DNA of 32,000 bases, from NCBI GenBank assembly GCA_030649345.1, contig JAUSKK010000038.1, positions 1 through 32,000 on the forward strand, written 5' to 3'. The notes beneath the pieces were generated by a model, which did not search any database, had not been told where the DNA came from, and was given only the letters and a program-made list of their open reading frames with translations. The position numbers and the translations under genes were made by a program. Shown here in pieces: positions 17,493 to 25,512 of this stretch; within the stretch, counting starts at the first letter, position 1, and each line of letters begins with the position of its first letter. Origin of the DNA: Candidatus Iainarchaeum sp. Its GTDB lineage: Archaea > Iainarchaeota > Iainarchaeia > Iainarchaeales > 0-14-0-20-34-12.

Positions 17493-17987
17493 ATGCCGGC
17501 ACGTGTTTCCAAAGTCTATGTTTTCTGGGAACCATACTTAATGATGAAAGTCCGTGATTTACTTTTGTTGCAAAGAACACCGCGTGAAATTGCACAAGCT
17601 TTAAAGCGTTCCAATTCTCATTTGACTGAAATTGGAATTACTGGAATGATCGGGCGAGTATTTGGCAGAACTCGAGAATTATCTAACGGCCAAATTAATA
17701 AAGCGTACGATCGTTGGTTTTTGTTTTATAAAGATCAAGCAGCACGAAAAAAAATTTTAGCCCAACGCGGTCGTGCAGGCCAAAAAGTCAGAGCACAAAA
17801 ATATCCCCAAAAAGAACTAGACGCAATGTTTAAACCTTTTTTTAGTTTAGGTCCAAAAGCTTTGTGGACTCGCTTGAATGCAAATCCTGAGCAAAGAAGA
17901 CGTTTTTTAGAAGAACGAAATGCTGCGATTTCTAAAGCCAAGCAAAGAAAAAAGCTTGGTAAGAAAACAGCGTTCCGCAAACCTTAA
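17493..17987 (+). CDS. short divergent member of the basic HTH paralog family (P7)
   Basis: This 164-aa protein starts 6 nt after the proA stop. Like P1, P2, P3 and P6 it begins Met-Pro. It has an HTH-like LLLLQRTPREIAQALKRSNSHLTEI segment and a C-terminal NUMOD3-like PEQRRRFLEERNAAISKAKQRKK motif. Confidence 0.6.
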   Translation: MPARVSKVYVFWEPYLMMKVRDLLLLQRTPREIAQALKRSNSHLTEIGITGMIGRVFGRTRELSNGQINKAYDRWFLFYKDQAARKKILAQRGRAGQKVRAQKYPQKELDAMFKPFFSLGPKALWTRLNANPEQRRRFLEERNAAISKAKQRKKLGKKTAFRKP

Positions 17988-18015
17988 AAAGTTCAAATTG
18001 TATTTTAACCTAAGT

Positions 18016-19119
18016 ATGCTAAGATCAAGAAAAGCTATTCATCCATCTACTCAGAGAGCTGTTCAAAATAGATTAATTGCTGGATGGACAGATAAACAAG
18101 TTAGGGCTGAAGGTCATTCAGTTAGCACAGTAGATCGAACATTAAAAACTTTGACTCCCAAAGAAAGAGAAACTCGTACTTTGAATATGTTGTTACGCAA
18201 GCATGGTTCTCCTTTGTCTGTGGATGCAGCTAGGAAAAAATTATTGGCCAGTGTAGATAAGCCTGTTATTGAACGTGCAAAAGAATTGGGTGTTGAACCG
18301 CAAAGCTTGGCTTGGTATTTAAGATATCTGCCGGAAAAATTTCGTGCATCCAATCAAGAAAGAGTTATTCGTTTATTGAAAGCCAGAAGAAAAGCCGGAA
18401 AGCCAATTTCTTTAAAAGCTTTGGAAGCAGATAGTCCTGCATTGTATCGTGCAGCCAGACGTGCTTTTGGTTCTTATCGAAAAGCAGTGGACGCTGCAGG
18501 CTATACTTATGAAACTGTTTCCAGAAAAGGTACCACCTCTGCTAATTTGAAGAATTATTATTCCGGACCGCAAGAAAATCGCAGAAGAAAAGAAAGTGCA
18601 ATGCGAATGCGGGAAACAGTTACACGAAATAATTTGAGACTTGTTTCTCGAGTGCTTGAATTAAGACTGCAAGGTTATGCCAAAGGATTTATTCAAAAAA
18701 GAATCCGGCAAAATAAGTCTTCGGTTCAAAGGCATTTAAGGTTTCTTTACCGGAATGCTTCGCCTGAATTGAACGCAAGACTGCAGAAAATTACAGCTGA
18801 TTTAGAACAAGCTCATGTAGCAAAACTTTCCAATGGTGCTACTATTTCTGAATCCGAAGCTAAAATAATAGTTAAACAATTTCAAGTGCATTACAAAAAT
18901 TATTTGAATCAATTAAAAAGTCAAGTATTGGATTTGCAAATGAAAGGCAAATCTTTAGAGCAAATTGCCAAAGAATTGAATGCAGAACTTTTTGATGTGA
19001 CTTTGGTTCGCGGCAGGTTTTCTAGAAAAGAACAATTGGCTGTTTTAAAAGCAGCTAATGAAAGAGCGCGGCAAAATCCCAGGCCTTTAATTCAGACTGT
19101 TGTAAGCCCTGCTGCTTAA
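18016..19119 (+). CDS. basic HTH paralog P8 (with extra N-terminal HTH)
   Basis: This is a 367-aa protein from ATG 18016. An upstream in-frame ATG at 17920 would overlap P7 by 68 nt. The extra N-terminal HTH is IAGWTDKQVRAEGHSVSTVDRTLKTL and the module is SPALYRAARRAFGSYRKAVDAAGYTYE. HTH-1 is LRLQGYAKGFIQKRIRQNKSSVQRHL and HTH-2 is LQMKGKSLEQIAKELNAELFDVTLV. Confidence 0.75.
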   Translation: MLRSRKAIHPSTQRAVQNRLIAGWTDKQVRAEGHSVSTVDRTLKTLTPKERETRTLNMLLRKHGSPLSVDAARKKLLASVDKPVIERAKELGVEPQSLAWYLRYLPEKFRASNQERVIRLLKARRKAGKPISLKALEADSPALYRAARRAFGSYRKAVDAAGYTYETVSRKGTTSANLKNYYSGPQENRRRKESAMRMRETVTRNNLRLVSRVLELRLQGYAKGFIQKRIRQNKSSVQRHLRFLYRNASPELNARLQKITADLEQAHVAKLSNGATISESEAKIIVKQFQVHYKNYLNQLKSQVLDLQMKGKSLEQIAKELNAELFDVTLVRGRFSRKEQLAVLKAANERARQNPRPLIQTVVSPAA

Positions 19120-19144
19120 AAATTAATTTGAACTATTTTCTAAT

Positions 19145-19891
19145 ATGGATTTTTTTGCCTTAGTTTTAATTTTTTTTGTTTCAATTTTTGCTTCTTTTAT
19201 TAGTTCCATGGTGGGCAGCGGCGGTTTGATTACTATTCCTTTTTTGATTTTTTTAGGTTTGCCGGCTCCTACCGCCATTGCTTCGCATCGTGTTGGTTCT
19301 CTAGGCTTGCAGTTGGGTTCGCTTTCTCGTTTTTGGAATGAGAATAAAATTAACTGGAAATATATTTTACCGTTTACAATTATTGATGTGGTTAGTGCTT
19401 TTGTGGGCGCCCATTTATTGGTTTCAGCAGATTCCAATTTGTTGTCGAAATCTTTGGGTTTTATTTTATTGTTGTTATTGCCTTTGAGTTTTTTTAAAAA
19501 AGATTTTGGAACAGTTTCCAAAAATGTTTCCAATCAACGAAAATTTTTAGGAGTTGTTTGTTATTTTTTGGCTGGAATCTGGGGCGGTTTTTTTGGAGGA
19601 GGCGCAGGTACTTTGGTGTATGCGATTTATGTTTCTTTTTTTGGTTTTACTTTAATTGAAGCCATTGCCACAGATAAAATCCCAGGCTTTCTTTCAGGTT
19701 TACTGGCTGTAGTATTGTTTTCAGCCTATGGTTTGATTGATTATTCTGTAGGTTTTACCATGTTTTTTGCCATGATTATTGGAAGTTTTTTGGGCGCGCA
19801 TATGGCTTTACAGAAAGGAAATGTTTGGCTGAAAGCCTTATTTGGCTTGATTGTTTTGATTTTAGCCTTAAAGCTGATATTTTTTAACTGA
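19145..19891 (+). CDS. TauE/SafE family anion exporter (membrane protein)
   Basis: This 248-aa polytopic membrane protein has two homologous halves with glycine-rich motifs (MVGSGGLITIP and GGFFGGGAGT), as in the TauE/SafE (DUF81) family. The antisense ORF 19123..19533 is rejected. Confidence 0.7.
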   Translation: MDFFALVLIFFVSIFASFISSMVGSGGLITIPFLIFLGLPAPTAIASHRVGSLGLQLGSLSRFWNENKINWKYILPFTIIDVVSAFVGAHLLVSADSNLLSKSLGFILLLLLPLSFFKKDFGTVSKNVSNQRKFLGVVCYFLAGIWGGFFGGGAGTLVYAIYVSFFGFTLIEAIATDKIPGFLSGLLAVVLFSAYGLIDYSVGFTMFFAMIIGSFLGAHMALQKGNVWLKALFGLIVLILALKLIFFN

Positions 19892-19914
19892 TTGCTTCTT
19901 CATTTTTTAATCAT

Positions 19915-21033
19915 ATGATTCGAAACGAATTATTTAAATCAATTCAGCGGGTGGTTGTCAAAATTGGCACCAGCAGTATTTCGAATGACCAAGGAATTAA
20001 TTTAGTTTTTTTGACTTCTTTAGCCAATCAAGTTAAAGAATTGCAGTCCAAAGGAGTTCAAGTCATTATTGTTTCTTCGGGTGCTATTGGTTCGGGCGCA
20101 AAAGTTTTGGGCTTAAAAGCTCCCATTCGTGTGATTGAATTACAGCAAGTAAGTGCTGCAGTAGGTCAGCCTAGATTAATGCAAGCCTATGAAAATGTTT
20201 TTTCTGGTTTGGATTTAAAAGTTGCCCAAATTTTGCTGACTTATGATGTGTTTGAAAATCGAAGAAAATATTTAAATTTACGAAATGCATTGAATGAATT
20301 ATTGAAACTAAACGTGGTTCCCATTATTAACGAAAACGATGTTGTGGCTGTAGATGAAATTGGCCCAACTTTTACGGACAATGACAAACTCAGTGCTTTG
20401 GTTGCTGCGAAATTAAATGCTCAATTGTTGGTGAATTTAACCAGTACGGAAGGAGTGTATTCTCAAAATCCAAATCTTTCCAAAAATAAAAATTTTGAAG
20501 TTATAAAAGTGGTTGACAAAATTACTCCTGAACTGGAAAAAATTGCAGGCAAACCATCCATGCATGGCACTGGCGGAATGTATTCTAAAGTTCAAGCAGC
20601 CAAAATTTGCATGAAGGCCGGAATTTTTTTAGTAATTGCCAGTTCCAAGCAGCCCAATGTTTTAAATCGAATTGTTTCCGGTGAAGAATTGGGCACATTA
20701 TTTTTGCCGAAAGAAATTTTATCCAATAAACAACGATGGATTGCGTTTGGTCAGCCGAAAGGAATTTTGTTAGTGGATAATGGAGCTATGCTGGCAGTTC
20801 AAAAAGACAAAAGCTTATTGGCCATTGGTGTGCGGGAAATTATTGGTTCGTTTGAAAAAAACGAAATTGTTTCTTTGGTTTGCTCTGGAAAAGAATTTGC
20901 CCGAGGTTTAACTAATTTTTCTTCATCTGAATTAAAAAAAATCAAAGGATTGAATTCAGATCAAGCCGCAATGCAATTAGGAAAAAAGGTTAAATCTGTG
21001 GTTTTAGCCGAAAATCTTATTAAAATGAATTAA
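19915..21033 (+). CDS. proB: glutamate 5-kinase (with C-terminal PUA domain)
   Basis: The 372-aa ORF has the amino-acid-kinase motifs VVKIGTSSI, IIVSSGAIG and INENDVV. A roughly 90-aa PUA-like domain forms the C-terminus. Confidence 0.9.
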   Translation: MIRNELFKSIQRVVVKIGTSSISNDQGINLVFLTSLANQVKELQSKGVQVIIVSSGAIGSGAKVLGLKAPIRVIELQQVSAAVGQPRLMQAYENVFSGLDLKVAQILLTYDVFENRRKYLNLRNALNELLKLNVVPIINENDVVAVDEIGPTFTDNDKLSALVAAKLNAQLLVNLTSTEGVYSQNPNLSKNKNFEVIKVVDKITPELEKIAGKPSMHGTGGMYSKVQAAKICMKAGIFLVIASSKQPNVLNRIVSGEELGTLFLPKEILSNKQRWIAFGQPKGILLVDNGAMLAVQKDKSLLAIGVREIIGSFEKNEIVSLVCSGKEFARGLTNFSSSELKKIKGLNSDQAAMQLGKKVKSVVLAENLIKMN

Positions 21034-21046
21034 GTACTGTATTTTT

Positions 21047-22525
21047 ATGTCTGAAAAAGTAAATCCAAAAACTGAAAAGATTACCTTTAATATTGACAAA
21101 GAAAAAAACTTTAGTGACTGGTTTACTGAAATTATTAAAACAGCTGAACTGGCGGATATTCGATACAATGTAAAAGGTTTTTTGGTTTTCCAGCCTTGGT
21201 CTGTTTTATCCATGGAATCCATTTACTTTTTTTTAGAACGAGTACTCCAAAAAAAAGGACACAAGCCTTATTGGTATCCTGCCGTGATTCCAGAGAAAAA
21301 TTTTTATTTAGAACAAGAACATGTGCAAGGTTTTACTCCAGAAGTATTCTGGGTTACCGAACATGGAGCTGGAGAAAAATTAGAAGAAAAATTAGCTTTA
21401 CGTCCAACCAGTGAAACTGCTTTTTATCAAATGTTTTCAATCTGGATTCGTTCCTATAATGATTTGCCGTTTAAGACTTATCAAAGAGCGCAAGTTTGGA
21501 GATATGAAACCAAAGCCACAAGGCCTTTTTTGAGAGCAAGAGAATTTCATTGGATTGAGACTCATTGTGCTTTTGAAACCGAAGAAGATGCCAGAGCTCA
21601 AGTTCAAGAAGATATGGAAACTACAGAAGAAGTATTGCACACTATTTTAGGAGTTCCATTTATTTTTTTCAAACGACCTCAATGGGATAAATTTGCAGGA
21701 GCTGTAAATACTTTTGGTGCAGATACTTTAATGCCGGACGGCCGAGTTCTCCAATTGCCAAGTACTCATTTATTGGGGCAAAACTTTTCCAAGCCCTTTA
21801 ATGTAAAATTTACGGATTCCGAAGGTCAAGAAAAGTTTACGTTTTTGACTTGCTATGGTCCTGCGGTTGGAAGAATTTTTGCAGCCGTTTGTGCAGTTCA
21901 CGGAGACAACAAAGGATTAAGATTTCCTTGGGCGATTGCTCCAGTTCAAATTGTAATTGTTCCCATTGGAATGAATAAAGATAAAAATGTTTTAACCAAA
22001 GCGCATACATTGAAAGAAAAATTACAAAATGCATTTTATCGGGTTGAAGTAGATGTTTCTGAAAAAATGCCGGGTGAAAAATTTTATTTTTGGGAAATGA
22101 AAGGAGTTCCTGTGCGTTTAGAATTAGGTCCTAAAGAAATACTGGAAGGAAAGTTAACTGTTTTCAGACGTGACACGAATTCAAAGACTCAAATTTTGGA
22201 AAAAGATTTGCTTTCATTTATTGAAAAAACTGGAAAAGAAATTACTGAAAATTTGAAAACTCAAGCAGACCAAAAATTTAAAGATGTTTTGGTTTCCGTT
22301 AAAACCAAAGCAGAAATTGAGCCAGTAATTGTTGCCGGAAAGATTGCACGTACTCCTTTTTGTTCAACCAATATGGAAGGAAATGCCTGCGCTGAATTGA
22401 TTGAAAAAGAAATTCATGCCCGAGTTCGAGGTACAAGAATTGATGTTCCGCAAACTGTTTCCGGTAATTGTGTGGTGTGCAATAAGCCTGCAAAAGAAAC
22501 AGTGTATATTGCCCGCGAATACTGA
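21047..22525 (+). CDS. proS: prolyl-tRNA synthetase, archaeal/eukaryotic type
   Basis: The 492-aa ORF has a class II core (LRPTSET, FLRAREFHWIE, YGPAVGRI) and no bacterial insertion or editing domain. The C-terminal Zn-like domain (CVVCNKPA) ends in a Tyr (IAREY), as in archaeal-type ProRS. Confidence 0.9.
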   Translation: MSEKVNPKTEKITFNIDKEKNFSDWFTEIIKTAELADIRYNVKGFLVFQPWSVLSMESIYFFLERVLQKKGHKPYWYPAVIPEKNFYLEQEHVQGFTPEVFWVTEHGAGEKLEEKLALRPTSETAFYQMFSIWIRSYNDLPFKTYQRAQVWRYETKATRPFLRAREFHWIETHCAFETEEDARAQVQEDMETTEEVLHTILGVPFIFFKRPQWDKFAGAVNTFGADTLMPDGRVLQLPSTHLLGQNFSKPFNVKFTDSEGQEKFTFLTCYGPAVGRIFAAVCAVHGDNKGLRFPWAIAPVQIVIVPIGMNKDKNVLTKAHTLKEKLQNAFYRVEVDVSEKMPGEKFYFWEMKGVPVRLELGPKEILEGKLTVFRRDTNSKTQILEKDLLSFIEKTGKEITENLKTQADQKFKDVLVSVKTKAEIEPVIVAGKIARTPFCSTNMEGNACAELIEKEIHARVRGTRIDVPQTVSGNCVVCNKPAKETVYIAREY

Positions 22526-22539
22526 TTGTTTGAATTAAA

Positions 22540-23223
22540 CTATTTAGGTCGGTTTCTCATTCGATTAAATCGTCCAGCAATTTTTCCAAACTTTTTTAAT
22601 TGTTGTCTGCTGGCTTGAACCAGTTTTAGGTGGATATCTTTTTTTGGGTGTATTTTTTTTCTATCGGGATTGCGAAATACTTGTAGCCATAAACTTTCTC
22701 GGGCAGTTCCATGTAAATTATAAATTGAAAAAGGAGATTGTGTAGATCCTACAAAGTCAAGTTTATGCCATGCACCTTGAGTGTATGTCCATCCTGGTTT
22801 TTGGCTGTGATTGTTAAAACTAAATGCCCCGCTAAATATGCGGGCTTTTCCTACTGTTTGAAAATATTGTTTTAGTTTTGTTATGCCCAATCCTGTTTCA
22901 CTGTATTCATCTAAAAATAATATTCTATTTTTTGGGTTTTGAAATTCAGCATATGTTTTAGGTCGTTTTTCTCGAATAGCTTGTTCTAAAGCTTCTATAT
23001 TTTCAGAATCGTGAGTAATGTTTCGGGTTTTTCCCAATGCAATTATTTTTGGCATTTCTTCTATTGGATAACCACTGGCTTTCCAAGCATTTGCAATCAA
23101 ATGTCTTAGAGGAACAGCAGCTGTTCCTTTTAGTGCAATTACATTAATTTTGTTTTCCTGAATCCAATTAATTAATCGAATGGATGTTAAAATAATTTCT
23201 CGTTCAGAAGCAGATCTCGGCAT
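22540..23223 (-). CDS. hypothetical protein, phosphoribosyltransferase-like motif
   Basis: The 227-aa ORF has RILFLDEYSETGLGI, which resembles the acidic PRPP-binding loop of type I PRTases (hydrophobic run, two acidic residues, then TG). The C-terminal tail is basic. It is the last gene of a tightly packed four-gene unit. Confidence 0.35.
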   Translation of the reverse strand: MPRSASEREIILTSIRLINWIQENKINVIALKGTAAVPLRHLIANAWKASGYPIEEMPKIIALGKTRNITHDSENIEALEQAIREKRPKTYAEFQNPKNRILFLDEYSETGLGITKLKQYFQTVGKARIFSGAFSFNNHSQKPGWTYTQGAWHKLDFVGSTQSPFSIYNLHGTARESLWLQVFRNPDRKKIHPKKDIHLKLVQASRQQLKKFGKIAGRFNRMRNRPK

Positions 23224-23226
23224 AAG

Positions 23227-23907
23227 TTATTTTTGTTTTCTTAAATAGTTTTCAATTTCTTCTTCGCTGACTGCGCATCCTGCGTATTTGACTGCATACA
23301 ATGCTGCTCGTGCAGCCTTGATGGTGTTGGTAATGGTTTCATTCAGTAAACCTTCTTCGTAGGCTAAAGCAATTAATTCAGTTGAACGAATAATAATGGG
23401 CTTGGGAATAATTTGATTTAATTCATTTAAAATAGTAGAGTTTACTTGGATATTGATTCCTTGTCTTCGTTGAATTAATTCACGTAATTCATTGGGTGTT
23501 TCAATTAACATTCTGGTAGTTTTTTCATCCATGCATAAAATTCTGGAATTGACTTGCTGCATTAATGCTAAAGATTCTGCTTCTCCTTTGTGCAAGATTT
23601 GAATAAATTTTCCATTGCTGTGAAATAATTTTCCACATAAAGAAACCATTCGTTCTTCCAGTGCTTTGGATTCAGAATTCATTTGAGCTACTTGAATCCA
23701 TTTTTCATTTAATCCTTTTTGAATTCTTTCTGAACTTAACTGAAATCGTTTAATGGTGCTGGGAGTTTCAATGCTTTCTTCGGCAACTCCTTGGCTCATT
23801 ATAAATTGAATTCCTAATTTTTTGTTGAGTGCACGAAACACATCAAATAAGCAGGTTTCGCTTAAAGAAATTAAAGCGCTTGAATCCAATACAATAATAG
23901 TGTTCAT
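23227..23907 (-). CDS. PIN-domain protein
   Basis: The 226-aa ORF has IIVLDSSALISL (first acidic residue), KGEAESLAL and CMDEKTTR. These fit the PIN acidic triad spacing, in a COG2405-like arrangement. A C-terminal helical extension follows. Confidence 0.5.
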   Translation of the reverse strand: MNTIIVLDSSALISLSETCLFDVFRALNKKLGIQFIMSQGVAEESIETPSTIKRFQLSSERIQKGLNEKWIQVAQMNSESKALEERMVSLCGKLFHSNGKFIQILHKGEAESLALMQQVNSRILCMDEKTTRMLIETPNELRELIQRRQGINIQVNSTILNELNQIIPKPIIIRSTELIALAYEEGLLNETITNTIKAARAALYAVKYAGCAVSEEEIENYLRKQK

Positions 23908-23912
23908 GTGCT

Positions 23913-24590
23913 TTACCTTTTAATGATTGTTTTTGATTTTTTATATTTTTTTCGTTCTTTATACCATTGCCGTGCATTTTCCAGTTTTTGATTTCGAATT
24001 TTATGACTTTCTTGTCTTGCATAGGCTCTTGGGTATTTTTGCTGAAAAGGATTTGTGACAGAATGTCCTTTGGCTGTAAGCGCTTTAACTACTTCGGGTG
24101 CATGATTTTCTCCTATGACTGCATAGTCTAAATTTAGTTTTGGAATTCGTTCAATCATGGCTTTTTCTTGGGTTCCGACTGAAAATAACTCTCTTTCTCC
24201 GAAAACTGTTTGTTCAACATCTTCGCGTGATTTTGCTTTTTTGATTCTAGCCTTCAAAAATTGTGATTCTCGTTCAAAAATATTTTTTGGCAAAATAGGA
24301 ACAATTTCTATGCCTCCTTGTTTGAGTTCCACGGCCAATTGATGCCAGTAGCTGGCAATAGTTGGGTGTATTCCGAATTCAAGTTTTCCATGTTCTGTGT
24401 TCAATGCTTTTGCAGCAGGCACTTTTCCTTTCATTATTTGTTCAAATTCTTTTTCTGCTAATTCAATTCCTACTCTTGTTCCAGGTTTTAGTCTTCCTTG
24501 CGTTATTTCTTTTTGAAAAAAAGCAAACAATTGCGGTAAGGTTTGCGGGTGATGAATAACGCCAAGAATTCGCGTTGGCTTTGAAGTCAT
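23913..24590 (-). CDS. hypothetical protein (weak TraB/Tiki-like features)
   Basis: The 225-aa ORF has RILGVIHH...VGIELAEKEF and VIGENHAPEV, which loosely recall the GxxH motifs of TraB/PrgY/Tiki-type proteins. The C-terminus is basic. Its start overlaps the upstream gene by 4 nt. Confidence 0.3.
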   Translation of the reverse strand: MTSKPTRILGVIHHPQTLPQLFAFFQKEITQGRLKPGTRVGIELAEKEFEQIMKGKVPAAKALNTEHGKLEFGIHPTIASYWHQLAVELKQGGIEIVPILPKNIFERESQFLKARIKKAKSREDVEQTVFGERELFSVGTQEKAMIERIPKLNLDYAVIGENHAPEVVKALTAKGHSVTNPFQQKYPRAYARQESHKIRNQKLENARQWYKERKKYKKSKTIIKR

Positions 24591-25144
24591 TCCAGTACAC
24601 TCCGCAATGCTTCCAATCGTCCAGTGATTCCTTTTTTGTCTACTTCTAAATCATGCTGTTTGGTGTACCCAATGTATTTTTGCAAGTCTTCTTTGGGCAC
24701 GTCCAATAATTCTGCGGCTTGTGCCAAGGATATTCCATAGTAGTGGGCGTCAGCTGCATATTTTACGCGTGCTTTATCATACGCGCTTTGAACATAGACT
24801 CCCAATTCTTTATCCACTGCTCTTAGATTGACTGTAACTGAATTGAGTTCGCGTTCGAATTTTTTCAAGTTTTTTTCTTTAAGTTCATGTTCTGCTTTTT
24901 CAATGGTTTCAGATATGGCCAATTTTTGTTCCAGCCAGAAATGGTTTTCGACTACATGTTCTTTGGTTAATAGTTTATGCAATGCATACGCCAATACTGC
25001 TATTTTGGCTAATAATGCACTGTTTTGTAAGGCTGCGTCTTTAATGGTTTCATTGGCTAGTTTTCGCAAGCCCATAATGTTTTCTTTTTGAAGTTCTTTG
25101 CGCATTCGCAGTGTATAGTTTTCTAGAGCTTGCTGGTATTCCAT
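24587..25144 (-). CDS. hypothetical helical protein with C-terminal HTH-like segment
   Basis: The 185-aa ORF is predicted helical. GISLAQAAELLDVPKEDLQKYIGYT looks like an HTH. It is the first gene of the four-gene minus-strand unit. Confidence 0.4.
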   Translation of the reverse strand: MEYQQALENYTLRMRKELQKENIMGLRKLANETIKDAALQNSALLAKIAVLAYALHKLLTKEHVVENHFWLEQKLAISETIEKAEHELKEKNLKKFERELNSVTVNLRAVDKELGVYVQSAYDKARVKYAADAHYYGISLAQAAELLDVPKEDLQKYIGYTKQHDLEVDKKGITGRLEALRSVLE

Positions 25145-25203
25145 GCATATTTTTAATTCGAAAGGAATTAATTAATGTAACGGATGGTGGTATTTTGGAA
25201 AAA

Positions 25204-25512
25204 GTGTACAAAAAATTGGTTCGGGACAAAATGCCTGAAATTTTAAAGGCTAAAGGAGAAACTCCAGTAACCTATGTGGCGGATAGTGTTGAATATGCGG
25301 AAAAATTGAACCGAAAATTAATTGAAGAATGCAATGAATTTGTGCACAAACCAGAACTTGAAGAATTAGCAGATATTTTGGAAGTCATTCATTGTTTGGC
25401 GGAATTGCATGATTCTTCGTTTTCTGAAATTGAAAAATTGCGTATCCAAAAAGAAAAAGAACGCGGATCATTTCGTAAAAAAATTATTTTAGAAAAAAGT
25501 ATTGTAAAATAA
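25204..25512 (+). CDS. MazG-like nucleotide pyrophosphohydrolase (phosphoribosyl-ATP pyrophosphohydrolase-like small family)
   Basis: YKKLVRDKMPEIL at the N-terminus and EELADILEVIHCLAE...ERGSF are typical of the small all-alpha MazG-like family. The start is uncertain: GTG 25204 is chosen and TTG 25195 is possible. The ORF-track GTG 25111 would overlap the divergent gene. Confidence 0.65.
   Translation: MYKKLVRDKMPEILKAKGETPVTYVADSVEYAEKLNRKLIEECNEFVHKPELEELADILEVIHCLAELHDSSFSEIEKLRIQKEKERGSFRKKIILEKSIVK

Noticed and set aside
10505-19119. The paralog array as a composite transposon or an IS cluster
   Set aside because: No transposase, integrase or DDE/serine/tyrosine recombinase motifs are visible. 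No terminal inverted repeats flank individual genes. The members are divergent and interleaved with housekeeping pro genes.
19123-19533. 136-aa minus-strand ORF
   Set aside because: It is antisense to the TauE/SafE membrane protein gene and is Lys-rich with low complexity. It is judged spurious.
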